Source: Deferribacterales bacterium
Lineage (GTDB): Bacteria; Chrysiogenota; Deferribacteres; Deferribacterales; Geovibrionaceae
DNA length: 64,000 bases
Direction: 5' to 3'
NCBI GenBank assembly: GCA_050253075.1
Contig: JBFWJS010000005.1
Span: 83,237-147,236, forward strand
Program-made: the position numbers and the translations under genes
The notes under the pieces: model-generated
The model's input: only the letters and a program-made list of their open reading frames with translations
What the model was told of the DNA's origin: nothing
The model's database searches: none
Shown: one piece after another, positions 10,653-19,998 of the stretch
Position numbering within the stretch: the stretch's first letter is position 1
Layout: each line of letters opens with the position of its first letter

Positions 10653-11829
10653 TTCTAGCCCCCCTTCTCTTAATATTTGCTCTCACCACCACATAGTCGA
10701 TGAGCGGAGCCATCACATTTGCAAAGAGAACCGCAAGCATAGCCCCCTCGGGGTATGCAGGGTTCACCACCCGCACCAGAGCCGTCATGGCACCGATGAG
10801 GAAACCGTAATAGAACTTACCCTTATCCGTGAACGATGCAGACACGGGGTCTGTCGCCATGAACACCGTCGCAAAGGCGAAACCGCCAAGCACAAGGTGC
10901 CACTGAGGAGTGAGGGCAAACATGTAGTTTGTATCCGAGCCTATGATGTTAAACAGACCCGTAATGGCAACCAGCCCGATGACGGAGGAGATCATTATCC
11001 TCCATGAGCCGATGCCCGTAATGATCAGAACAAACGCACCGATGAGGCACGCAAGGGCGGATGTCTCACCCATTGAGCCGGGGATAAACCCGAGGAAAGC
11101 ATCCATGAATGTGTAGTTGAACTCCAGACCAGATGCAGTAGCTCCGAGCGGAGTCGCCTGTGAGAAGCCGTCGAGAGCGACCCATATGGTGTCCCCTGTG
11201 GCTGCCGCAGGATAGGAAAAGAACAGTATCGCCCGTGCAAAAAGCGCAGGGTTCACAAGGTTCCGCCCTGTACCTCCGAAGAGCTCCTTACCGAAAACAA
11301 GCCCTATGGACAGAGCCACCATAGCCTGCCAGATAGGTACTGTCGGCGGGAGTATCATCGGATAAAGGAGAGATGTAACGAGGAACGCCTCGCCTATCTC
11401 ATGCTTTCTCACCACGGCGAAGAGAACCTCCCAAACACCGCCCACCGCAAGAGTAGCTATGTACAGGGGGAGGAAATATGCAGCACCGTGCATGAAGTTG
11501 TCGTATATGCTGTGCGGGTTAAACCCTATGCCGAACATGCCGAGCATGGCAGCACGCCACCCCTCGGGTGTTGCGCCTGTGGATGCTATGGCATTATTCG
11601 CCTGAAGCCCCGTGTTATACAGAGCCATCAAAAGGCAGGGGAGCAGAGCCAGCACGACTGTGGTCATGATACGCTTAAGCTCTATACCGTCACGGACATG
11701 TGTACGTCCTTTAGTCTTTACAAAAGGGGTATAGATGAAGGTATCCACCATTTCGAAAACGGGATACCATCTCTCCAGCTTGCCGCCTTTTTCAAAGTGT
11801 TTTGCCTGTTTTTCAAGGAAAGCCTTCAT
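10642..11829 (-). CDS. nqrB: Na+-NQR subunit B
   Basis: FEKGGKLE, KELFGGTGRN, DGFSQATPL FMN site, FMATDPVS. Confidence 0.97.
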   Translation of the reverse strand: MKAFLEKQAKHFEKGGKLERWYPVFEMVDTFIYTPFVKTKGRTHVRDGIELKRIMTTVVLALLPCLLMALYNTGLQANNAIASTGATPEGWRAAMLGMFGIGFNPHSIYDNFMHGAAYFLPLYIATLAVGGVWEVLFAVVRKHEIGEAFLVTSLLYPMILPPTVPIWQAMVALSIGLVFGKELFGGTGRNLVNPALFARAILFFSYPAAATGDTIWVALDGFSQATPLGATASGLEFNYTFMDAFLGFIPGSMGETSALACLIGAFVLIITGIGSWRIMISSVIGLVAITGLFNIIGSDTNYMFALTPQWHLVLGGFAFATVFMATDPVSASFTDKGKFYYGFLIGAMTALVRVVNPAYPEGAMLAVLFANVMAPLIDYVVVRANIKRRGARSAA

Positions 11830-11833
11830 ATCA

Positions 11834-13153
11834 TCAGCCCTCCTTCTCTATTGTGGTCAGCACGTCTCTGATGATCGGTGCATAGTCTATCTTCCCAGGG
11901 CACACATATGTGCATAGGCTGAGATCCTCCTCTGAGAGCTCCAGACAGCCGAGCTTCTCCGCCATCTCGAGGTCGCCCGTGATGAGTGACCTGAGCAGGT
12001 GCGTCGGCAGTATGTCCAGCGGCATGACCTTCTCGTATGTTCCCACGGGAACCATAGGCCTGTGTGCGCCGTTCAGCGATGTGTCAAAGAGCAGCTTCCC
12101 CTTACCCGCAAATGCAGATGCGAATATGTTCTTCACTGAGAAGAGGTCTACACGCGGGGTTGTCCAGCCGAAAAAGTATCTGTCCTTCAGCTCGGGGAGC
12201 GCCGTTACCTGTGCAAAGCAGGAAGAGAGACAGTCCACACCGTCCTCTACCTCGTATCCGTACAGCACGGAGCCGATGATCAGCCTTATGTCTGAGGCTG
12301 TCAGCCTGCCTGATATCACCTCGGATACGGGAGCACCTTTCAGCGTTTCTATATAGCAGGGTTTGTCGAAAGCTCCTGAGAGCGCAACCCTTGTTGTCTC
12401 GTTGAGTTCACCGTGGGTCAGCAGATATCCGATGTCCACCACCGCCTGCATATCTATTGTCCAGACTGTTCTGGAGAGAGAAACGGGCATGATGAAATGT
12501 ACGTGCGTGCCCGAAAGCCCCGCAGGATGCACTCCGTCGAATATCTTAACCTCTGCTCCTGCCACTTCGGGGAGAGTGAGGTCTATCCCTTTGCAGATGA
12601 ATGTGTTTTCAGACAGCTTTGTCAGTGCCTCTGCGCCTTTTTTGAAATAGTCTTCGTTCCCGCTGAGGAGAACAGACATATCGGGTGCAAGGGGGCGTGT
12701 GTCCATACAGTTGATGAATACAGCCTTCGGCTTGCGGTCTGCGCTGGGGCATTTGGCAAACGGACGCTCTCTGAAAGAGGCGAGAAGCCCGCTCTTTTTC
12801 AGCAGTTCATAAAGGGCATCGCCGTCTGATATGCCGGTGTCAAATTTTATTGCTTCGCCTTCGCCCTTTTCAAAAACCATAGAGAGAAACTTGCGTTTAT
12901 TACCTCTCTTAATGGCTTTTACCGTGCCCGTCACAGGCGCAGTGAATGTTATCTCAGGGTTCTTTCTGTCGGTGAAGACCGGCTGTCCTTTGGAAACAGC
13001 GTCCCCTTCACGCACCAGCATAGAAGGCTTCATCCCGGGGAAGTCATCCCCCAAAATGGCTGACTGATTGATACTGCTAAGTTTTTCGATGTCGCCAGAG
13101 GGCGCACCTTTGACAGGAAGATTTAGTCCTTTCCTGATTCTGATTAATGTCAT
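11834..13153 (-). CDS. nqrA: Na+-NQR subunit A
   Basis: IRKGLNLPVKG, HPAGLSG, EEDLSLCTYVCPGK; start re-called to MTLIRI after GGAGG. Confidence 0.95.
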   Translation of the reverse strand: MTLIRIRKGLNLPVKGAPSGDIEKLSSINQSAILGDDFPGMKPSMLVREGDAVSKGQPVFTDRKNPEITFTAPVTGTVKAIKRGNKRKFLSMVFEKGEGEAIKFDTGISDGDALYELLKKSGLLASFRERPFAKCPSADRKPKAVFINCMDTRPLAPDMSVLLSGNEDYFKKGAEALTKLSENTFICKGIDLTLPEVAGAEVKIFDGVHPAGLSGTHVHFIMPVSLSRTVWTIDMQAVVDIGYLLTHGELNETTRVALSGAFDKPCYIETLKGAPVSEVISGRLTASDIRLIIGSVLYGYEVEDGVDCLSSCFAQVTALPELKDRYFFGWTTPRVDLFSVKNIFASAFAGKGKLLFDTSLNGAHRPMVPVGTYEKVMPLDILPTHLLRSLITGDLEMAEKLGCLELSEEDLSLCTYVCPGKIDYAPIIRDVLTTIEKEG

Positions 13154-13203
13154 TTCCCCTCCATATAAGGGTATAATCAAAGACCCGATGTGGCTCTTCT
13201 TAA

Positions 13204-13231
13204 AGTGTAAACCATTAATGACTTATGTCAA
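13204..13231 (-). promoter_or_regulatory. Sigma70-type promoter of the nqr operon
   Basis: TTGACA-N16-TACACT on the minus strand. Confidence 0.55.
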
Positions 13232-13254
13232 GCTGAAGGGGGTTAAAATAAGGG

Positions 13255-14169
13255 TCAATTTTTCTTTGATAATCCAACAAGAACACCGCTGATACCCACT
13301 AAAAAGATACCTGCCAGTGAAATAGCACCGGGCCAGCCGTCACCTGCGAAGAATCCGAAGATGGTGGAAAAGATTAGCCCGACATAGCTGACGGTGCTTA
13401 CGACGGAGGCTCTGCCGTATTTATACGCCACAGACATCAGCCACTGAGCAATGGATGCGAGTATGCCGACCATCACCACATAGTATATATCCGCCCCTGT
13501 GGGGATAAACTGTGTGGAGAGATATCTCGGGTCGCCGAGGATGACACGTATGATGAAATATATCGTGGAACCCGTGAGCCCCGCTATGGAGAAAGACAGC
13601 ACTATCGTGCGTGCATCGTAAAACTTTGCCAGTCCTCTGACGGATGTGTATGCCATGGCTGCCAGCACCCCTCCGCAAAGCCCCGCCACAGCCCCCGACG
13701 GCGATATGCCGTGGGACGGACGCAGAACAAGGAGCACGCCTATAAAGCCTATTATGATCGCCGTCCACACCTTTAGTCCGCTCTTTTCCTTCAGCATGAA
13801 GCCGGCGAAGATAGCCGTAAATATCGGCGCAGTCTTACCGAATGTGGATGCGGTAGCCAGTGGTAGGACGCTGATGGAGTAAAAAAAGCAGAACATGGCC
13901 ATAAAGCCGAAGACGCCACGCATCACCAGCAGAAAAGGCTTCCCGCCGATGCTTTTCGGTTTGATAAGGAGCATAGACCCGCCGAGAATGGCGAAGCTGA
14001 CGATGTTTCTGAAAAAGACTATTTCGAATGTGGTGTGATGCGCACTGAGCATCTTTATGAAAAAGCCCATAAGGGAAAAGAAGAACGCAGCAACGAACAT
14101 TATCAGAACGCCCCGCAGCTCTTCACCCAGAGCATCAAACTTTGCCTTTGTATTGGTATATGCCGTCAT
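13255..14169 (-). CDS. DMT/EamA family transporter
   Basis: Ten TM helices in two EamA repeats; APIFTAIFAGFMLKE. Confidence 0.9.
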   Translation of the reverse strand: MTAYTNTKAKFDALGEELRGVLIMFVAAFFFSLMGFFIKMLSAHHTTFEIVFFRNIVSFAILGGSMLLIKPKSIGGKPFLLVMRGVFGFMAMFCFFYSISVLPLATASTFGKTAPIFTAIFAGFMLKEKSGLKVWTAIIIGFIGVLLVLRPSHGISPSGAVAGLCGGVLAAMAYTSVRGLAKFYDARTIVLSFSIAGLTGSTIYFIIRVILGDPRYLSTQFIPTGADIYYVVMVGILASIAQWLMSVAYKYGRASVVSTVSYVGLIFSTIFGFFAGDGWPGAISLAGIFLVGISGVLVGLSKKN

Positions 14170-14208
14170 GGGCAGTAATATATCACTGCCCTTTCAATGT
14201 TGCTACGG

Positions 14209-14526
14209 TTAAAAAAAGTATTTATACACCCAGTCGAGGCGGCCGCGTTTCAGGTAGTGTATCCCGCTGAATTTCATCACTTCCTTAATGCGTGCACGCA
14301 TCTCAGGCCTGTAGCAGTGCACGGGGCATTTCTTGCATCTCGGCTTTGGGTCAAGGTGGCATTTCTCCGTGCGTTTCAGCGCATACGCCAGAAGGTCGTG
14401 ACAGGCAGGGCACAGCCCCGAAGCCCCGGCCATTGCACCTTTTTTCAGGTGCTTCTGCCTGCAGTATGCTTTTATAAACGCCTGTAAGACTTCAGAATCT
14501 TTCTTTATGCGTTTCTCTTTATTCAT
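14209..14526 (-). CDS. YgbA-like ('nitrous oxide-stimulated promoter') Cys-rich protein
   Basis: YCRQKH..LCPAC..LL.YA..R..KC....KP.CKKCPVHCY.P.MR..IKEVMKFSG. Confidence 0.85.
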   Translation of the reverse strand: MNKEKRIKKDSEVLQAFIKAYCRQKHLKKGAMAGASGLCPACHDLLAYALKRTEKCHLDPKPRCKKCPVHCYRPEMRARIKEVMKFSGIHYLKRGRLDWVYKYFF

Positions 14527-14546
14527 ATAATGTTCTTTCTCTTAAA

Positions 14547-14678
14547 GTCATTGCGAACGAAGTGAAGCAATCTTAGCCCTTCATTAAAGTTAATAAATTT
14601 GGAAGATTAGCTCACTGCTTCACAGTTTCGTACAGTAAACTAGTGCCGCGTCGGCATAATATGCCTCCTCGCAATGAC
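14547..14678. repeat. REP/RPE-like palindromic element, complete copy
   Basis: GTCATTGCGA..GAAGCAATCT ... CCTCGCAATGAC. Confidence 0.8.
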
Positions 14679-14680
14679 AC

Positions 14681-15682
14681 TTATATTAATTCAAGTGTGT
14701 CGCCTGTTCTTATCCTGTTGCGCAGGTCTAGGAGCTTTTTATCCAGTTCCTGCAGCTCTATAAGGTTCGCACGTTCGGCATCGGATGTTTCGATGATCTT
14801 TGCCACACCGCCGTTTTTAATGACGAGGCGTTTGTCGCCCATCAGTGCGAGGATAGGGTCGTGTGTGGACATAAGCACTATCTTCTCTTCGCCTACGAGG
14901 AGGTCGAGGGCTTTCTTTCTGTCGATGCCCGCATTCTCTATCTCGTCTATCAGTACGATAGGTGATTTGCTGAGGAATGCAGTATCGGCGATCATGAGCG
15001 CTCTGGACTGTCCGCCTGAAAGGGCTGTCACGGGTGTATCCCCGCTGAACTGCTCGCCTGCGAGCTCGTTCGCCTTTTCGATGATGAGCTCCACCTTTTC
15101 CTCCGGGTTCGGAACGAAACGGCTCTCTGCGTGTATCATGACGAAATCTCTTGCAGATAAGTCCATTACAAAGTTCATGTTCTGGCTGAGCTGTGCCACG
15201 GGCTTATGCTCGGGGCTGAAACGCCAGCTTTTGTCTGCATCTGCGCCGTTTATCTTTATATGACGTTTTGTGGGTGTGTCGCCCATAGCCATCCATTCGA
15301 TATCCGCCAGCAGACGGCTTTTGCCCGAACCTGTAGGACCGACGATGCATATAACTTCGCCCGCTTTGATCTCCAGATCGATATCTTCGGGCTCGCCCTT
15401 CTTATTTATACCGCCGATTATGCGCATGGTCTCTATCTTCGAAGTCTTTTCTGTCAGTGCGCCGACGGCATCCACGAAGGATACGAAAGCCTCAATGAAC
15501 TCTGCGGGGTCTATGCCGAGGTCTTCGAGGGTGTCCTCGGAAAGTGCGTTAACGAAATCCGTAACGTTCCCCTCGGGTGCGGTGAGCCCCTGAGACTCGA
15601 AGAAATCGCCCGCAAAAGGGAGCTCTGTCAATATATCTGTGAAATCTGCGCTGAGCAGTGTCTTTCTATCCATTGTCCACAT
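14681..15682 (-). CDS. Stand-alone ABC-type ATPase with N-terminal DUF1858-like domain
   Basis: Walker A GPTGSGKS, signature LSGGQ, Walker B LIDEIEN, H-loop STHD. Confidence 0.85.
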   Translation of the reverse strand: MWTMDRKTLLSADFTDILTELPFAGDFFESQGLTAPEGNVTDFVNALSEDTLEDLGIDPAEFIEAFVSFVDAVGALTEKTSKIETMRIIGGINKKGEPEDIDLEIKAGEVICIVGPTGSGKSRLLADIEWMAMGDTPTKRHIKINGADADKSWRFSPEHKPVAQLSQNMNFVMDLSARDFVMIHAESRFVPNPEEKVELIIEKANELAGEQFSGDTPVTALSGGQSRALMIADTAFLSKSPIVLIDEIENAGIDRKKALDLLVGEEKIVLMSTHDPILALMGDKRLVIKNGGVAKIIETSDAERANLIELQELDKKLLDLRNRIRTGDTLELI

Positions 15683-16361
15683 CCATCTTTCTTACGTTGC
15701 CCATCTGATACTTTGCGCCGATGCGCTTTTCGCCGAGGCAGTATGAACAGAGTGCCGACGGCATGGAGAACCTGAGGCTCTTTCCGTCCAGTGTCTCTGT
15801 CTCTGTCTTTTCATCCGCAAACAGTGTCGAAAGCTCGAAAGCCCCCTGCCCTGTGATGCCGTTCACATGCATGATGCTTGCTGTCGGGTTCACCGCTGCC
15901 ACTCTCGCTGCGAAAACCTCACGCTCTGCCTGTGATACGATATCGCCCTTTGTGATGATGACGATATCTGCGGATTTCAGCATAGGTCCGATCTTCTTCG
16001 GAGTGTTGATGCCTGAGAGGTTATCTATCACGCACACTGCGAGTATCTCTTTTATATGCGGGGAGCATCTGTTGCAAAGACCTGCACTCTCGCTCACGAG
16101 GATGTCCAGCCCCTGCTTTACGCCCCATTCAAAGCTCTCGGAAACATTGCTGACGAAGTAGTGGTCGGGGCAGAGTGCGCCCGACAAGCCCTTTTTCACA
16201 GGGATCCCCTTTGCTTCGTACAGCTTGTCGTCGTCTGTATATAAACAGTCGAACTTCACCACGCCTGACTTTAGTCCACGCTGCTGAAGGCTCTCGACTG
16301 TTTTCAGTATCACTGATGTCTTGCCCGATGAGGGAGGGCCGCTTACGGTTACGAATCTCAT
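15666..16361 (-). CDS. G3E family (HypB/UreG/CobW-like) GTPase, Cys-rich
   Basis: GPPSSGKT, LCPDH, ESAGLCNRC, TKGD, CSYCLGE. Confidence 0.85.
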   Translation of the reverse strand: MRFVTVSGPPSSGKTSVILKTVESLQQRGLKSGVVKFDCLYTDDDKLYEAKGIPVKKGLSGALCPDHYFVSNVSESFEWGVKQGLDILVSESAGLCNRCSPHIKEILAVCVIDNLSGINTPKKIGPMLKSADIVIITKGDIVSQAEREVFAARVAAVNPTASIMHVNGITGQGAFELSTLFADEKTETETLDGKSLRFSMPSALCSYCLGEKRIGAKYQMGNVRKMDVDNG

Positions 16362-16363
16362 TG

Positions 16364-17566
16364 TTACTCTCCGAGTGCTTCGTTAAATTTCTTATCCAGT
16401 TTCTCAAGGAGTACGCCCATGTCTGTGTTATAAATGTAGTCCCATCCGACCCAGTTAAACTTTGCGCCTTCGGGCAGTTTGTTGTCTACCTCTGGGTTCA
16501 GCGCAGGGAAGAGCCCTCTATGGCTGAGGATCTCGCCGACCTCTTTACCGTAGAGGAAATCTGCCGCAGGTTTTATCACTTCTTCTCTGTCTTTTCTGGT
16601 CAGCATGAAGATAGGGCTGATGATAGCGCCCTCCTCCGGCCAGACTACCTCGGCTGTTTTGCTGCCGAAGAGCATCTTTGTAAAGAAGTAAGGCATGATG
16701 GTCACTGCGGGTTTCTCTTCGTTTTTGCGTCCTGCATTTTTAACCATCTGAGCAGGGTGCATAGACTGGATCATGCTTTTAGCGAGCTTTTCCACCCCTT
16801 CGTCGCCGAACATCCTGTGGATGTGTACGAGCATAGCATTGAAAAGGTCAAAGTCGCCCACGGGGAGAGACACGGACTTTTCAAAAGCAGGAGAGAGGAG
16901 ATCGGCCCAGCTCTTCGGCACTTCACGTCCGTTCAGGGCATCTTTATTCACAAGGAAGACCGCGGGCACGACAGATATCATGCCGTAGTTTCCTTTAGGG
17001 TCTTTCATCTGGCTGAAATATTCGTGGGTTTCGCCTGTCATGTCTGTGAACATGCCGTTCTTCACGTGCTTTCCGAATGAACGCTCGTCGAAGAATACGT
17101 CGAAGCCCGCAGAGACGAACACATCGGGCACATTGCCTGCTGCGATGCCTTCGACATTTTCTTTCAGCCATGCTTCACCGCCGGATGCGGCTACAAGGTC
17201 GTGGGCAACGCTAAGGCCTGTCTGCTCTGTCACGCCCTCGGCAAATGCGTCGATGGACTCAAGGAGCGGCAGACGAACAGGGCAAGGGAGCAGTCCCTTC
17301 ACTGTGATGTCCCCCTCTTTCTTTGATTCGCGGAGGGTGATGTCTACCTTTGCGTCGTTGTTTATGTCTATTTCGTTCAGACTGTCCAGGAATGTCTGGA
17401 TGTCATAGTTTTTTTGTTTTATAGCTGTTTCGAGTTTCAGAAACTTTCCTGCGCTTTTAAGCATAGGGTCCTGTTTGAACTGGTCGAAGCCTTTGCTCAC
17501 GAACAGGCTGAAAGCCTCGGGGTGTCTTTCTGAAAGCTCAAGAACTGTGATGTTTCCGTTTATCAT
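16364..17566 (-). CDS. Signal-less ABC substrate-binding-like protein with N-terminal DUF1858-like domain
   Basis: LPCPVR motif and PBP2-type PKSWADLL and WPEEGA motifs; no signal peptide; start re-called to MINGN after GGAG. Confidence 0.75.
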   Translation of the reverse strand: MINGNITVLELSERHPEAFSLFVSKGFDQFKQDPMLKSAGKFLKLETAIKQKNYDIQTFLDSLNEIDINNDAKVDITLRESKKEGDITVKGLLPCPVRLPLLESIDAFAEGVTEQTGLSVAHDLVAASGGEAWLKENVEGIAAGNVPDVFVSAGFDVFFDERSFGKHVKNGMFTDMTGETHEYFSQMKDPKGNYGMISVVPAVFLVNKDALNGREVPKSWADLLSPAFEKSVSLPVGDFDLFNAMLVHIHRMFGDEGVEKLAKSMIQSMHPAQMVKNAGRKNEEKPAVTIMPYFFTKMLFGSKTAEVVWPEEGAIISPIFMLTRKDREEVIKPAADFLYGKEVGEILSHRGLFPALNPEVDNKLPEGAKFNWVGWDYIYNTDMGVLLEKLDKKFNEALGE

Positions 17567-17597
17567 TTTTCGCTCCATCATTTACTTTATGATAGTG

Positions 17598-17638
17598 AAT
17601 ATAAACGAATATCGATAGATTAACTTGATAGGTGTCAA
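17598..17638 (-). promoter_or_regulatory. CRP/FNR-family class II activator site plus -10 box
   Basis: TTGAT-AGGT-GTCAA at 17625-17638 and TATATT -10 (minus strand) at 17598-17603; near-identical layout at 29358-29399. Confidence 0.65.
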
Positions 17639-17649
17639 AAAACAGAAGT

Positions 17650-18075
17650 TTATTCTGCTTCTCTGATAAACTGCTTCACACGGTCTTTTATGCTGTCTCT
17701 GACAGTGCGTGTGAACTCCAGCTTTTCATCGTCTGAGCCCTGAAATGATGAAGGATCGCCGAATGGCCAGTGCTGCTTCTCACCGCTGCCCGGGAATATG
17801 GGACAACGCTCCGCTGCCTCTTTGTCGCACACGGCTATCACGTGGTCATATGTTTTTCCTGCTTCGAGCATCTGCAGTACTGTCTTTGTCTCATTGTCTG
17901 ATATATCAAAGCCGAGCTCCATCATGGCACGCACGACGATAGGATTCAGCTTTCCCCCTTCGATGCCTGCGCTCTCCGCCTCGAATCTGTCTCCGGCGAA
18001 TTCGTTAAGGAACTTTTCAGCCATCTGGCTCCTTGCGCTGTTGTGTATGCAGACAAATAAAACTCTCTTTTTCAT
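17650..18075 (-). CDS. arsC: Thioredoxin-type arsenate reductase / LMW-PTP family
   Basis: [16 protein letters not shown]...CPIFP, HWPFGDP. Confidence 0.85.
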   Translation of the reverse strand: MKKRVLFVCIHNSARSQMAEKFLNEFAGDRFEAESAGIEGGKLNPIVVRAMMELGFDISDNETKTVLQMLEAGKTYDHVIAVCDKEAAERCPIFPGSGEKQHWPFGDPSSFQGSDDEKLEFTRTVRDSIKDRVKQFIREAE

Positions 18076-18076
18076 A

Positions 18077-19933
18077 TCAATCCTGTCCTTTTTCCGCTTT
18101 ACGGAATGTAAGCGTGAATTCTGCTCCGCCTATTATATTGCAGACATTTATTGTGCCGTTCATGGACTTTTCCACCATTTCTTTGCACATATACAGTCCT
18201 ATGCCGCTCCCCTGATCAGCCTTTGTGCTGAAATGCTTTTCAAATACACGGTTAAGGATATTCGCAGGGATGCCGCCCCCCGTGTCGGAGACCTTTACTA
18301 TCACAGTGCCTCCGTCTATGGCTATCATTATTTTTATTATGCCTTTAAATACGGAGATGTCCTCCCCCGCATCGACCAGCCTCTCCCTGTAGTCTACTAT
18401 GGAGTCTCTGGAATTATTGAAAAAGTTAAGCATAATATGCTTAAATTCGTTCGGATATCCCAGAACATTCGCTGATTCATCAACATCAGGGGTAAATTCC
18501 TTTTCAAAGCCGATGTTATATCTGTCAAAGCTGAATTCGAAAAGATGTATAACATCCTCAACGGCTTCCGCCACGTTGAAGACCGTCTTGTTCTTACTCG
18601 GTTTCATAAAGTTAAGGAAGTCGGCTCCTGTCTGGCTCATGAACATGGTCTGTTCTTTTATATTTTTAAGACTTTCTTTTATCTCTTCATCATCGCATTT
18701 CTTGTCTATATCTATCAGGACGATGTCGGATATCATTGATATAGAGTTTATCGGCTGTTTCCACTGGTGCAGTATGGATGTGACCATCTCTCCCATCGTA
18801 GCCATCTTAGACTGCTGCATGAGGAACTGGTCTTTATTCTGGAGCTCTATCACCTTCTCTGTGACCTTCCTCTCCAGAGCTTCATTCATCCGCAGTGTCT
18901 TCCGCCTGCTGTTGTCCAGAGCGGCGAAGATTATTATAAGTGAAAGGGCTATCATGCTGACAGACACGAAAAGCACCCTGTATGTATTGATGATGACCCT
19001 ATAGTCCTCTACCAGACCGTGACTGATGATATATCCCACACCGTTCCCGTCGACAGTTATCACGGGGATGTATGTCAGCAGTATGTCATCGCAGTCTGTA
19101 TGAACTATCTCGGAGAATGGCTTATACTCCGTCAATCGGGTTTTATTAGTATCCACTATGGATGTCATCAGCTTCGAGTGTATCTCAGTCTGAGAACAGG
19201 CGTACTCTTCGCTTGTGATACAGGCGTCACAGCTCTCCATAAAATATGTTTCTGAAATGCTGTTGTTGAGATATTTATCAATGGTCTCAGCCGTATAGTT
19301 CTGAAATACCTTTTCTTTATCCAGTATGTATGAATAGCCTATGCCGTACAGCCTGTTGAGAGCCTGTATCATCTCCTTCAGCCCCACAGCCATCTCAGCC
19401 GAGCCGATATGATCGCCGTCCATATCAAGAGGGAAGACATAGCGGTATGCTACGAGGTGTCTGCCGTTCTCAAATCCCTGGATCATCTTATCAGTATGAT
19501 TAGCCTGCATAACAGTTTTACGGAAAGGTGCGAGGGAATCGCCGTAATAGAAAGGTCTGTGCATACGCAGCAGGCTCGTGCCGTCGGGCATATGATACTG
19601 CATATGGGAAAGACCGATGGAGCGTAAACTATCAAAAATAGGCTGAGTTTCTATCCTCAGCCTATTCCTGTATATGTCTCGATTGTATTCTTCGTCTGCT
19701 GCTTTCAGCATGAGAGTCTTCACCTCCCGGGTGTCGATCTTCTGCTGAATAACGTTTGTAAATATCTGCTCATAGGCAGAAAGTGCCGACTTAAGATTAT
19801 TCTCGCTAATAGTGACCTTTGACCTGTAATAGTCGTCAAGCCTCAGCCCTCTGGAATAGTCCATAACGGCATAAATAGCCAGTTCAGCTAATAGCACGGT
19901 AATAATAAGTACGCTCAGGCGCTTCATGAGCAC
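18077..19933 (-). CDS. Cache-domain membrane sensor histidine kinase
   Basis: Two TM helices, LRMHRP..YGD Cache motif, HQWKQP H-box, DTGGG, GSGIGLY. Confidence 0.9.
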   Translation of the reverse strand: MLMKRLSVLIITVLLAELAIYAVMDYSRGLRLDDYYRSKVTISENNLKSALSAYEQIFTNVIQQKIDTREVKTLMLKAADEEYNRDIYRNRLRIETQPIFDSLRSIGLSHMQYHMPDGTSLLRMHRPFYYGDSLAPFRKTVMQANHTDKMIQGFENGRHLVAYRYVFPLDMDGDHIGSAEMAVGLKEMIQALNRLYGIGYSYILDKEKVFQNYTAETIDKYLNNSISETYFMESCDACITSEEYACSQTEIHSKLMTSIVDTNKTRLTEYKPFSEIVHTDCDDILLTYIPVITVDGNGVGYIISHGLVEDYRVIINTYRVLFVSVSMIALSLIIIFAALDNSRRKTLRMNEALERKVTEKVIELQNKDQFLMQQSKMATMGEMVTSILHQWKQPINSISMISDIVLIDIDKKCDDEEIKESLKNIKEQTMFMSQTGADFLNFMKPSKNKTVFNVAEAVEDVIHLFEFSFDRYNIGFEKEFTPDVDESANVLGYPNEFKHIMLNFFNNSRDSIVDYRERLVDAGEDISVFKGIIKIMIAIDGGTVIVKVSDTGGGIPANILNRVFEKHFSTKADQGSGIGLYMCKEMVEKSMNGTINVCNIIGGAEFTLTFRKAEKGQD

Positions 19934-19998
19934 TTCCTGTCTTGTATATTTAATATACTATTAATACATTAAATACACTGTAAACATCAACTTTTAAT

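Noticed and set aside
8990..17080. Long antisense ORFs (8990-9823, 16175-17080; also 53685-54482 and 59929-60774)
   Set aside because: Shadow frames opposite well-conserved genes, with no recognisable motifs.
19195..19240. Possible haem c motif (CDAC) in the kinase sensor domain
   Set aside because: The motif is CxxCI and lacks the His; more likely periplasmic disulfides.
17650..19933. Arsenic-sensing system (kinase + arsC)
   Set aside because: The genes are adjacent, but there is no arsR, efflux pump or response regulator; insufficient support.
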